Shown one piece after another: positions 18,092-27,080 of a DNA stretch of 35,284 nucleotides. The notes beneath the pieces are model-generated. The model saw only the letters and a list, made by a program, of their open reading frames with translations. It searched no databases and had not been told where the DNA came from. The position numbers and the translations under genes were made by a program. Source of the DNA: Candidatus Methylomirabilota bacterium (GTDB lineage Bacteria; Methylomirabilota; Methylomirabilia; Rokubacteriales; CSP1-6); NCBI GenBank assembly GCA_046726415.1, contig JBKPAK010000119.1:1-35284 (forward strand), written 5' to 3'. The stretch's first letter is position 1, and every line of letters starts with the position of its first letter.

Positions 18092-19318
18092 TCAGGGGTG
18101 CCGGATGGCCTCCTGCGTCAAGGCGGCGGCCGGGGTGTCGATGGCGTAGAGACGTGCGCAGTTGTCCCACAGAATCTTGCGGCGGACGTCATGGCTGAAC
18201 GGCAGGCCGAGAAACTGCTCCATGGCTTCGGGAAACGCGCCGTCGGAGTGGGGATAGTCGGTCGAGACCACGAAGTAGTCGGCCCCCATCTTGTCGACCA
18301 CGTCGACCGCCGGCTCCTCGTCGACATCGAGCGCGATGTAGCACTGCCGCTTGAAGTACTCGCTGGGCAGCATCGACAATTGATGCTCGCAGCCGGGGCC
18401 GAATTTCTCCCATTGGTCATCGAGCCGCCACAGCCACCAATAGAGCCATCCGGCGGTGCCTTCGAGGAAGGCGCAGCGGAGCCGGGGGTGTCGCTCGAGG
18501 ACGCCGCCGGTGGTCATGCTGGCGATGGCCCCCATCAACTCGACCGGATTGCGAATGGCATGGGCGATCGGGTGGAAGTTGGCGTGACCGACGAAGCGGC
18601 GCCCGGCGTCGTCCTTGAGCGAGGTGTTGCCGGTGGGATGGAATCCGATCGGCACGCCGAGCTCCTCCAGCGCACTCCACAGCGGCTCACACGCCTCATC
18701 GTGCAAATGCTGTCCGTTGACGGGGTTGGGGGTGCCGATGATCGCCACTGCCCCAAGCTCCCTGACGCACCGGCGAGCCTCATCAATCGCCGCGGGGATA
18801 CTGTGCATCGCCACCTGGGCGGCGAACTTCAGCCGGTTCGGCTGGCTGTGGCAGTAGTCGTGCGCCCAGTTGTTGTAGGCGCGGGCCAGCGCCGCCGCGT
18901 AGTCCGGCGCGAGGTCGTCGTGCATCAAGATCTGGCGGCCGCGCGTGCCATACATGACGGCGACGTCGACGCCTTCGATGTCCATTGCGGTCAGGGTGGA
19001 GGCGGGGTCGAAGCCGCGCCCCCGCGCGACCTGGAAGTGCGGGTGGCGTGCGCGGCTCCGGCGCCGCAGCTCGCGGCTGGACGCGGTCGCGGCCGTCGCC
19101 TTGGCGTGCGCGGGAATCGCCAGCCCCTGCACCTCCATCGCCATGATGGTGTCGGCGTTGCCCTTGTCCTGGGAGCTGTCGGTGAGTCTTTGCTGCTGCC
19201 CGCCGAAGAATCGCGGCAGGTTCGCCCGATGCGGCCCCTCGAGGTAGCCGGCCCAGAGATCGTCAGGCTCCATCATGTGAAGGTCGCTGTCGAGGATCAG
19301 GTAGCCATCGCGCGCCAT
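18092..19318 (-). CDS. Amidohydrolase family protein (Amidohydro_2; ACMSD/LigJ-like superfamily)
   Basis: ILDSDLHMMEP, AMDIEGVDVAVMY, ARAYNNW, GVPIGFH, GGVLERHP.LR.AFLEG..GW, STDYPHSD; SD GGAGG. Confidence 0.9.
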   Translation of the reverse strand: MARDGYLILDSDLHMMEPDDLWAGYLEGPHRANLPRFFGGQQQRLTDSSQDKGNADTIMAMEVQGLAIPAHAKATAATASSRELRRRSRARHPHFQVARGRGFDPASTLTAMDIEGVDVAVMYGTRGRQILMHDDLAPDYAAALARAYNNWAHDYCHSQPNRLKFAAQVAMHSIPAAIDEARRCVRELGAVAIIGTPNPVNGQHLHDEACEPLWSALEELGVPIGFHPTGNTSLKDDAGRRFVGHANFHPIAHAIRNPVELMGAIASMTTGGVLERHPRLRCAFLEGTAGWLYWWLWRLDDQWEKFGPGCEHQLSMLPSEYFKRQCYIALDVDEEPAVDVVDKMGADYFVVSTDYPHSDGAFPEAMEQFLGLPFSHDVRRKILWDNCARLYAIDTPAAALTQEAIRHP

Positions 19319-19496
19319 GTCCCACCTCCGCTAGTTCCAGAACTGTACCGCCGAACGTCCCGTCGATCGAGCGTGTTCTGGAACCGCCTCGGCGACATCG
19401 AGGCCCATGCCGACCGCCTCGAGGTCGATACCGCGGAGGCACACTCTCGCCAGGCCCGGGCGAGGCCAGCGTGGCAGTGGGCCAGGGGCGCAGGCT

Positions 19497-19526
19497 TTGA
19501 CGCGGCCGAGGACAATCCTCTATCAT
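19497..19526 (+). promoter_or_regulatory. Putative sigma70 promoter upstream of the PIN remnant and hmgA-like gene
   Basis: TTGACG (19497-19502), 18-nt spacer, TATCAT (19521-19526). Confidence 0.45.
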
Positions 19527-19530
19527 GGCC

Positions 19531-19677
19531 GCTGGCCTACGACCGCATCCTCGTCGACGAGGCGACGTTGAAGGATGTCCGCTCCCTGCTTCGCCGTCAC
19601 TCTCTCAGGAGATTCGACGCGATCCAACTAAGCGCCGCGCTCTGGCTACGCGGGGAGTTCGGAGCGACGCTGGATTG
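19531..19677 (+). pseudogene. Internal fragment of a PIN-domain (VapC-like) toxin
   Basis: AYDRILVDEATLKDVRSLLRRHSLRRFDAIQLSAALWLR resembles the PIN 'H.LR..DA.QL.SAL' segment; no start codon and no N-terminal D..S motif. Confidence 0.55.
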
Positions 19678-19719
19678 TCCAGAGCCGTGCGCTCCAAGCA
19701 GCGAGAAAGGAGTTGAGCC

Positions 19720-20805
19720 ATGCGTTCCTGGATCCACCACACCAAGGGGCGACATGTCCGCCAGGCGCGGGTCGGCCTGGGCGACCTGCGGGAGGAGCAC
19801 ATCAGTCGCCAGGGTTTCTTCGGCCCGGTCGGGATGATCTACCGCGAGCACGGCCCCAACGAGATCGTGCGCGTCGAGGGCACCCTGCATCCGCGCCGTG
19901 TCGCCGATACCGCACATGTCGAGCCGTCCGACATGAACGATCCGCGCGGCACGCCGGAGGTGATGCTGTCCAACCCCGACGTCAGCGTCGCGGTCAGCCG
20001 CCGAAGCGCGGCGATGCCCTTCGCCTACCGCAACACGGACGGCGACCTGCTGCATTTCGTGCACAAGGGTCGAGGCCAGTTCGACACCGAGTTCGGGCGC
20101 CTGGTCTACGAGCCGGGCGACTATGTGCTGATCCCCAAAGGCATCACGTTTAGTCTGATGCCGGACGCCGGCGACAGCCACATGCTGGTGGTCGAATCGC
20201 CCGCCCCGCTGTCACTGACCGAGCACCAGCAGGTCGGGCGGCACATGCCGGTCGATCCGACGGTCCTGGTGTTGCCGGAGCTGCACGCCGATCGCAGGCC
20301 GCAGCGCGACGAGTGGGAACTGCGGGTCAAGCACGGCGGCACGCACAGCTCCATCTTCTACCGCAACGACCCGCTGGCGTCGGTAGGGTGGAAGGGCGAC
20401 CTGTTCCCCTATAAGCTGAACATCCGCGACATCATTCCGATCAGTTCCGACCGGATCCACCTGGCCCCCTCGTCCTGGTGCACGTTCCAGGCGACGGGGT
20501 TCGTGGTGATCACCTTCGTGCCGCAGATCGCGGTGGCCGATCTGAACGCCGAGGAGCTGCCGTCGTACCACCGCAACGTCGACAACGACGAGAGCGTGTT
20601 CGTGCACCACGACGAGTCCGGCGGCCGCAAGCCCGGGATGCTGTCGCACACGCCGCACGGGATCCTGCACGGGGCGGACGAAGCGACGCGCGCGGCCTTC
20701 CAGAAGCGGCGCACGCCGGGGATGCGGCGGACACTGTGCGGGGTGAGCGTGGACACGGATCGGCCGCTGGTGGTGTCCCCGGTGTATGAGCGGTTGACGC
20801 TCTAG
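19720..20805 (+). CDS. hmgA: Homogentisate 1,2-dioxygenase family protein (short bacterial type; substrate unconfirmed)
   Basis: EEH.SRQGFFGP, YRNTDGDLL.FVH.G.G...TEFG.L....GDYVLIPKG, VGWKGDL.P, putative Fe ligands HRNVDNDE and PHGILHG; SD AAGGAG. Confidence 0.8.
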   Translation: MRSWIHHTKGRHVRQARVGLGDLREEHISRQGFFGPVGMIYREHGPNEIVRVEGTLHPRRVADTAHVEPSDMNDPRGTPEVMLSNPDVSVAVSRRSAAMPFAYRNTDGDLLHFVHKGRGQFDTEFGRLVYEPGDYVLIPKGITFSLMPDAGDSHMLVVESPAPLSLTEHQQVGRHMPVDPTVLVLPELHADRRPQRDEWELRVKHGGTHSSIFYRNDPLASVGWKGDLFPYKLNIRDIIPISSDRIHLAPSSWCTFQATGFVVITFVPQIAVADLNAEELPSYHRNVDNDESVFVHHDESGGRKPGMLSHTPHGILHGADEATRAAFQKRRTPGMRRTLCGVSVDTDRPLVVSPVYERLTL

Positions 20806-20820
20806 CGAGACTCGGGGCGG

Positions 20821-20950
20821 CTCAGGAAGCGGATTCCTCACGTGAAGGCCAGGAAACCTTCGGAAGTCCCGGTCCGCCGACCACAGCTCCCGAAGTCCGT
20901 ACAGCAGACAGAGGGCGGGGCGGCTCGACGGTCCGCGAGTCTGGCGGCTG
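20821..20950 (-). pseudogene. C-terminal fragment of a VapC/PIN toxin
   Basis: ALCLLYGLRELWSADRDFRRFPGLHVRNPL is a characteristic VapC C-terminus; the upstream part is missing or scrambled. Confidence 0.7.
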
Positions 20951-20986
20951 GCGGGAGCAAGCGGAGACCGAGGTGAGGAAGATGCC

Positions 20987-22182
20987 GTGAGCTCGAGACG
21001 GAAACCGACACCAGGTATCACTGCCTTGTACCGCAGCGTGGGCGAGGAACTGCATCATTTCGAAGTCGACGTCGAGGCGGCCGCGTTGACAGGCGCGGCG
21101 CGGTGAAGCTTCCCGCCGGTATCCAGTACGCGTGGCCGCACCCCTCGAGGCAGTATCTCTACGTAGCCTCGAGCAACCGCGGGCCGGGGACGACCGGCGA
21201 TACGCACCACCTGACCGCCTTTCGCGTCGATCCCGCGACCGGTGCCCTGCGCGCGCACGGTGAGCCGGAGCCGCTGCCGTCGCGCCCGATCCATATGAGT
21301 CTCGACCGGACCGGCGATTTTGCGTTGACCGCCTTCAACCTGCCGAGCGGTGTCACCGTCCACCGCATCAATCGCGATGGGACCATCGGTGCGCTGATGA
21401 AGCAGCCCGGGCCACTGGACACGGGCATCTACGCGCACCAGATCCTGGCCACACCGGACAACCGCGCCGTGATCTTGGTCACCCGCGGCAATGATCCCGC
21501 CGGCGGCAAGCCCGAGGATCCCGGGGCGCTCAAGGTCTTCCGCTTCAATGATGGCGTGCTGTCCAATCTGGCCGCGGTCGCCCCGGGCGGCGGCTATGGA
21601 TTCGGACCGAGGCATCTGGATTTTCATCCGACGCAGCCGTGGGTCTATGTCGGGCGAGAGCGGGAAAACACGCTCGACGTCTATCGCCTGGCTGGCGAGA
21701 GCTTGAGCGCGGCCCCCGTCTTCGTGAAGGACACCCTGGGCGAGCCGCGAAACCTCCGCGGACGCCAGGCGGTCGGCGCGGTTCACGTGCACCCCAATGG
21801 CCACTTCGTCTATGTCGCCAATCGCGCCAGTGCTACCGTGCCGTTCGAGGGCACGCCGGTATTCCAGGGCGGAGAGAACACCATCGCCGTCTATGCCATC
21901 GACCGGAGCAGCGGTGAACCGACGATGATTCAAAGCATCGAAGCGCGTGGCTACCACGTGCGCACCTTTGCCCTCGACGCGAGCGCCCGCGTGATGGTGA
22001 CGGCCACGATCGCCCCGATCAACGTGCTCGATGGATCCCGCATTGTCAGCGTCCCGGCCTGCCTCTCGGTGTTTCGAGTGAGCGACGACGGCCGGCTGGA
22101 CTTCGTGCGCACGTACGATGTCGAGACCAACGGCAAGTTCCAGTGGTGGATGGGGATGATGGGTCTGCCGGGAAGAGGTTGA
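20987..22182 (+). CDS. Lactonase family beta-propeller (6-phosphogluconolactonase/cycloisomerase-like) with an apparent frameshift near 21092
   Basis: Main frame 21103-22182: QYAWPHPS..YLYVASS, AHQI, GFGPRHLDFHP, HVHPNG.FVYVANR, RTFALD; upstream frame from GTG 20987 gives TALYRSVGEELHHFEVDVEAAALT. Confidence 0.8.
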
Positions 22183-22210
22183 CCGGCCCACCTGCAGGGA
22201 GGGATCAGGG

Positions 22211-23437
22211 ATGAGTCAAAACTGCCAGGACCTCAATTGTCTTGCCGGCATCCGGGTGGTCGATTTCACCCAATTCGAGGCGGGCACGTCCTGCACCGAG
22301 GCGCTGGCCTGGCTCGGCGCCGAAGTGGTCAAGATCGAAAACCCGAAGACTGGCGATCCGGGCCGCCGGCTGCGGCCGGGCAAACCCGACGACGATCCGT
22401 GGTATTTCCACATGTTCAACGCCAACAAGAAATCGCTGGCCATCAACCTCAAATCGCCGCGCGGGCTCCAGCTCGTCAAGGAGATGCTGAAGAAGGCCGA
22501 CATCACGGTCGAGAACATGGCGCCGGGGACGATCGAGCGCCTCGGGCTCGGCTATGACGAGGTGAAGAAGATCAACCCTGGCATCATCTTCTGTCAGATC
22601 CAGGGCTTCGGCACCGGGAGCAAGTACGAGAACGGTCTCGCCTTCGACATGATTGCCCAGGCCGCCGGCGGCACGATCAGCGTGACCGGCGAGCCCGACC
22701 GGCCGCCGGTCAAGCCCGGCCCGAGCTTTGGCGACACCGGCACCGGCATGTTGATGGCGGCGACCATCCTCGCCGCGCTGTACGAGCGGCAACGGACCGG
22801 CCAGGGACGGCGGCTGCAAGTGGCGATGCAGGACGCGATGCTCCACTACATGCGCACCTGCTTTGCCACCCAGGCGCGGACCGGCAAGGCGGCCCCGCGC
22901 CGCGGCGGGAAATCCACCGCCGGCACCAATTCGCCCTCCGGTCTGTATCAGTGCAAACCCCTCGGCTCCAACGACTGGGTCTACATCACCACGAGCCGCG
23001 GCAATCCCGATCACTGGGGGCGGCTGATGCGGCTGATCGGGCGCGAGGAGCTGATCGACGACCCGCGCTTTGCCACCGGCGCCGCCCGGGTGGAGCGTGA
23101 GGCCGAGGTCGATGCGATCATCACCGAGTGGACGCGCCAGCACACCAAGGAAGAGGCGATGGCGCTGGTCAGCGGTGTCGGCGTGCCGGCCGGTGCGGTC
23201 TTCGACACCATGGAACTGCAGGGGGATCCAACCTTCGCCGAGCGCGGCATCATGCAGGTGATGGAGCATCCGAACGGGTCGTTCAAGATGCCGACCTGGC
23301 CGGTGCGGGTCGACGGCAAGCCGCCGCGGCTCAAACCCTCGCCGCTCCTGGGCCAGCACAGCGCCGAAGTGCTGAGCGATTGGCTCGATGTCGACGCCGG
23401 GGAGATCGCCGCCTTGAAGCGCGAGGGCGTGCTGTAG
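22211..23437 (+). CDS. Family III CoA-transferase (CaiB/BaiF, formyl-CoA transferase-like)
   Basis: LAGIRVVDFTQFEAG, LAWLGAEVVKIE, NANKKSL.INLK, VENMAPG.IERLGLGY, FDMIAQAAGG, catalytic GD.GTG, PLLGQHS. Confidence 0.92.
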   Translation: MSQNCQDLNCLAGIRVVDFTQFEAGTSCTEALAWLGAEVVKIENPKTGDPGRRLRPGKPDDDPWYFHMFNANKKSLAINLKSPRGLQLVKEMLKKADITVENMAPGTIERLGLGYDEVKKINPGIIFCQIQGFGTGSKYENGLAFDMIAQAAGGTISVTGEPDRPPVKPGPSFGDTGTGMLMAATILAALYERQRTGQGRRLQVAMQDAMLHYMRTCFATQARTGKAAPRRGGKSTAGTNSPSGLYQCKPLGSNDWVYITTSRGNPDHWGRLMRLIGREELIDDPRFATGAARVEREAEVDAIITEWTRQHTKEEAMALVSGVGVPAGAVFDTMELQGDPTFAERGIMQVMEHPNGSFKMPTWPVRVDGKPPRLKPSPLLGQHSAEVLSDWLDVDAGEIAALKREGVL

Positions 23438-23487
23438 AGCGCACTCCGTCGGGTCAAAGCAGTTGGCGAAGAGGGGGAGTCTCGATC

Positions 23488-23575
23488 ATGACCGGTGAGG
23501 CTCTGCGCACGATCTTGCCGATCGCCGGCTGGGGCTAGGAGCGCGGTCGAGGTCGCCAGCGGCCCCGATCATCCC
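23488..23575 (+). pseudogene. N-terminal stub of a second, probable CoA-transferase gene
   Basis: SD GAGGGGGAG and ATG 23488 give MTGEALRTILPIAGWG*, continuing in a shifted frame as AVEVASGPD; family assignment is from memory of similar N-termini. Confidence 0.4.
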
Positions 23576-23610
23576 GGGGCCGCTGACGGCCTCCTCGTCT
23601 CTCCCTCTGC

Positions 23611-25323
23611 CTACTTACAGGGCTTCTCCTGCTTACACGCGCTGATGAGAAACGTGTGGCCGATGTCCCCACCGTCCCACCCGGAAAAGGGCCAGTCATT
23701 GACAATCTTGGGGTTCACCACCACCTCGATGTACACATCGAAGAGCGGGATGACCTCGAAGTTCTCAAACTTGTAGTTGCCGATCTTGCGCAGTTGGGCA
23801 TCCGCAGCCTTAGGGTCGGACATCTGCAGCAAGTCTTCCCACATCTTGTAGATCGTATCGTCCTCAAAAAAGTGTGGTTGGCCCTTCCCGGCGTTGAACA
23901 GAGCGATCTGCGGCTCCACCGCCTTCTTTGATGGAGGGCCGGCCCTGAGGTACCAGTTCGCTCGCCGTTCCCGCGCCTTGGGCTGAACGAGCGCCACCAA
24001 GTCGGCCTCTTCCAATTCCAGTTCGATGCCCACTTCACGCAACTGCGTGGCCACCGACTCCATCACTTGGATGAGCTCCGGCGCCCCGGCAAAGGGATAC
24101 AGCCAGGCCTTAGCCTTGAAGCCCTTGGGATATCCGGCCTCGGCCAGCAATTGTTTGGCTTTCTTGGGGTCGTAGCCGTACATCTCCGGGAAGCGCTTCT
24201 CCCAGGTGGGGTCCCAGCCCGGCAGGTCGGGATAGAAGCCCATCACATAGGTGTACGTCGCCCGGTCCTTGTACAGCACCTTGAGCAGTTCCGCGCGGTT
24301 GATGGCCTTGTTCATGGCCTGCCGCACCTTTTTGTTGGTCCACGGCACCTTGAGGTCGAGTTTCCCGGTGGTGCCCCCGAATTCGGTGTAGCGACTGGTG
24401 GCCTTGTCCTCCGTGCCGAAGTACAGTCCACCGAAAGCAACGACGACCTGTTGTGCCACCTGCCGACTGCGGATAAGTTTGTACCCCCTGGCGACCGCGT
24501 CGGCGGCGAGGTCCCTGTTGACCTCGGTGAGGTGGCTTTCTCCCGCCAGCAGTTGCGCGAAGCGCGCCGGCTCTTCGACGTTCCAGGTCATCTTGATCTC
24601 TTTCCAGTCCACCACACCCCACTTCCAGTGCGGCGTCGGGGCACGCTCGTACAAGACATAGCGGGACATCTGCCGTTCCTTGAAGATATACGGCCCGGTG
24701 CCGGCCGGCTTCGTCTCGTACCCCATCTCCCCTTCTTTATCCCACTGCGCCTTGCTGAAGATGATCATGCTCGAGGCACTCGAGTAGTAAAACTGCAAGT
24801 CGAGACACACCACCTTGCAGTGCATGACCAGCTCGTGGTCGTTGACCACCTCCACCCGCTGGACCGCGCACATGCCTTGCTTGTAGCCGGTTGTCGTGGG
24901 GTCCTTGCGGCCTGGATAGTTGGGGTCACACCACAGGGCGTGGTTGTGCACTACGTCCTTGGCCGTAAACTCGCCATAGCCGTGGTGGAACTGCACGCCC
25001 TTCTGCAGCTTGATGCGCCAGGACCGGCCGTCCTTGGCCATTTCCGCGCTCTTGGCCAGCCAGGGATTATAGCCACCCGACGAAATGTCGACCTCGAACA
25101 GCCACTCGAAGGCCGGATCGTGCTGAATATTGTGGTCCGGAGTGCCGTTGATCCAGGGGCGCATGTAATCCCGATAGGGGTTGATGAGACCCATCACCAG
25201 ACGGTCCACCTTGGCCTTGCCAGTGGCGGGTTGGGTCTCGGCCTTCACGCCCGTCAGCACCACGAGTAGCACCGGCAACAGGCCGAGCAATACGCGAGAT
25301 CTCCAGAACCGACGCTGGGCCAT
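23611..25323 (-). CDS. Orphan family 5 ABC transporter substrate-binding protein
   Basis: Signal peptide; PWLAKS.E...DG.SW.IKLQKGVQFH.GYGEFTAKDV, PAGTGPY, KVRQAMNKAINR, YDPKKAKQLLAEAGYPKGF; SD AAGGAGG. Confidence 0.92.
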   Translation of the reverse strand: MAQRRFWRSRVLLGLLPVLLVVLTGVKAETQPATGKAKVDRLVMGLINPYRDYMRPWINGTPDHNIQHDPAFEWLFEVDISSGGYNPWLAKSAEMAKDGRSWRIKLQKGVQFHHGYGEFTAKDVVHNHALWCDPNYPGRKDPTTTGYKQGMCAVQRVEVVNDHELVMHCKVVCLDLQFYYSSASSMIIFSKAQWDKEGEMGYETKPAGTGPYIFKERQMSRYVLYERAPTPHWKWGVVDWKEIKMTWNVEEPARFAQLLAGESHLTEVNRDLAADAVARGYKLIRSRQVAQQVVVAFGGLYFGTEDKATSRYTEFGGTTGKLDLKVPWTNKKVRQAMNKAINRAELLKVLYKDRATYTYVMGFYPDLPGWDPTWEKRFPEMYGYDPKKAKQLLAEAGYPKGFKAKAWLYPFAGAPELIQVMESVATQLREVGIELELEEADLVALVQPKARERRANWYLRAGPPSKKAVEPQIALFNAGKGQPHFFEDDTIYKMWEDLLQMSDPKAADAQLRKIGNYKFENFEVIPLFDVYIEVVVNPKIVNDWPFSGWDGGDIGHTFLISACKQEKPCK

Positions 25324-25335
25324 GGTCGTCCCTCC

Positions 25336-25371
25336 TTACTTGCGCGGTCTCTCCTGCTTACACGCCACCAT
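25336..25371 (-). other. Mini-ORF MVACKQERPRK* duplicating the C-terminus of the downstream binding protein
   Basis: 16-nt exact direct repeat tctcctgcttacacgc at 23625-23640 and 25350-25365; its TAA overlaps the SD of the gene starting at 25323. Confidence 0.7.
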
Positions 25372-25571
25372 GTCGTCGTTAGGGGACTCGAGGCGCACGA
25401 GCTGGGCGAGGATGGTCCCTCGGCGAGATCTGTACCAGAGACGCAGCTTTAGCTCGGAACGAAAACAGGGCTGCCTTCTGCGGGGCGTCTGGCCATGCAC
25501 CGCCTCCCTCCCGACGAGTGGGCGGGGACAGGGCGTGCACTGCGCTCAATGTGTTGAGCGGGGACGATGGG

Positions 25572-25600
25572 ACGTTAAGCTCTGGAGGATCCTCTGTCAA
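25572..25600 (-). promoter_or_regulatory. Putative sigma70 promoter for the orphan binding-protein gene
   Basis: Minus strand TTGACA (25600-25595), 17-nt spacer, TAACGT (25577-25572). Confidence 0.6.
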
Positions 25601-25633
25601 GGCGCAACGTCATCGAGACGAAGCGGCGGTGAG

Positions 25634-26854
25634 CTAGCGTAGACGCGGGCCCGGGTCCATCCCGAGGTACACCCGGCCGCCGATCGGATACCACTCTGGC
25701 GCGATGGTGACCGTCTGGCCGACGACGTGGAGGTCGCGCCAGCACTCGGCCAGGGGGCTCTCGCGCCGAAACGACGTGCTGCCACCGTGCCGGTACATCA
25801 GGTCCATCGCCTCACGAGCGTTGTCGGCGGCGTAGACTGCGGCCAGCCGGCAGCGGGCTCGTTGCTCCAGGGTGGTCTCCTCGCCTGCCGCAACGATGTT
25901 CCAGAGCTCGGTGATCATCGCGGTGCGGTACGCGCGACCGGCGTTCAGGATCGCGTCAGCCCGACCGACGGCCTCCTGAACTTGAGGATTCTCGCACAGC
26001 CGACCGGTGCGGCCGCGCGGAGTCTTCTCGCCGGCCAACTCGATCAGCGCGTCGATGCCGGCCCGGGCGATTCCGGTGATCACGGCGCTGTGGTGGGGCC
26101 CGACCCAGGCCTGGGCCGGCAGACGGTATGAGACCCCCGGCCAGCGCTTCCACTGGTTGTCGAGGGGAACGCCCGCGTGGACCATCGTTCGGCGCTCCGG
26201 CAGGAAAACATCTTCGACCGTCCAGTCGAAGCTACCCGTCGCCCGCAGCCCGGACACGTCCCAGCTCCCCTCGACGATCTGCGCTTCCGAACGCTGGAAG
26301 AATCCCCGCCAGTAGACCGAGGCGCCATCCGGGCTGCGGCGCGGCTGGTCGCCGTCGAGAATCTGGAAGCTGCCCAGCATCCAGGCGCTCTCCTGGCAGC
26401 CGCTGCCGAAGGGCCAGCGACCGGTGACCCGGTAGCCGCCGTCGACAGGCACGGCTCGCCCGCCTCCCATCACGGCGGTGCCAGCGATCACGGTGTCGGC
26501 CCCGTGCGCGTAGATCTCGTGGACGCCCTCGTCCGGCAAACCGAGCGTTACGAGTTGGCCGATGCTGTTGTTGGCCAGGTTCCAGCCGACCGAGCCGGCG
26601 CACTCGGCCAGCAGCTCCACCACGCGCAGGTAGGTGAGCGGGTCGGCCTGCAGGCCCCCCAGTTCACGCGGGATCACCAGGCTGTAGAAGCCGGCGGTGT
26701 GAAACTGCTCGACCAACGCTTTCGGCAGGCGCTGCTCGCGCTCGATCTCGTCGCGATAGCCGCGGATGACCGACCGCAGGGCGGCTGCGGCCTGAACCGG
26801 GGGTTGAGCGTCGATATCGGCCGGTAAGCGCTGATCTTCGGCGATCTGCGGCAT
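25634..26854 (-). CDS. Acyl-CoA dehydrogenase-fold flavin-dependent monooxygenase (HsaA/C2-hpaH-like)
   Basis: IE..QRLP..LV, IPRELGG, GSVGW, GGYRVTGRWPFGSG, WDVSGLRATGS.D..V.DVFLP, GSTS......L..CWRDLH. Confidence 0.88.
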   Translation of the reverse strand: MPQIAEDQRLPADIDAQPPVQAAAALRSVIRGYRDEIEREQRLPKALVEQFHTAGFYSLVIPRELGGLQADPLTYLRVVELLAECAGSVGWNLANNSIGQLVTLGLPDEGVHEIYAHGADTVIAGTAVMGGGRAVPVDGGYRVTGRWPFGSGCQESAWMLGSFQILDGDQPRRSPDGASVYWRGFFQRSEAQIVEGSWDVSGLRATGSFDWTVEDVFLPERRTMVHAGVPLDNQWKRWPGVSYRLPAQAWVGPHHSAVITGIARAGIDALIELAGEKTPRGRTGRLCENPQVQEAVGRADAILNAGRAYRTAMITELWNIVAAGEETTLEQRARCRLAAVYAADNAREAMDLMYRHGGSTSFRRESPLAECWRDLHVVGQTVTIAPEWYPIGGRVYLGMDPGPRLR

Positions 26855-27080
26855 TGGGTACCCTTTCAGATCGAGCGTGACTGTTGGAGCGGCGCTCGCG
26901 CTCGAGCCTGTCGCCAATCTTCACTCGTTTCCCTCGGGTTCCGCAGCTGAGCCGGGATGTCAAGCTGGCGTAGCCGAGGTGTCAAGGGTCGGGCGGGCCG
27001 GGTGTACGGGCCGAATGGGCCGAATCGGGTTGGCCAAGAGGCCGCGATTGGGAGGGCCGCGCCGAGTAGGGCGGATCCGA

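Noticed and set aside
17966..19837. 623-aa plus-strand ORF
   Set aside because: Mostly antisense to the amidohydrolase; only the short PIN-like stretch looks protein-like
26866..27080. C-terminal extension of the alpha/beta hydrolase ORF
   Set aside because: Best explained by the single-base frameshift at ~27115; it reads through intergenic repeat and promoter-like sequence
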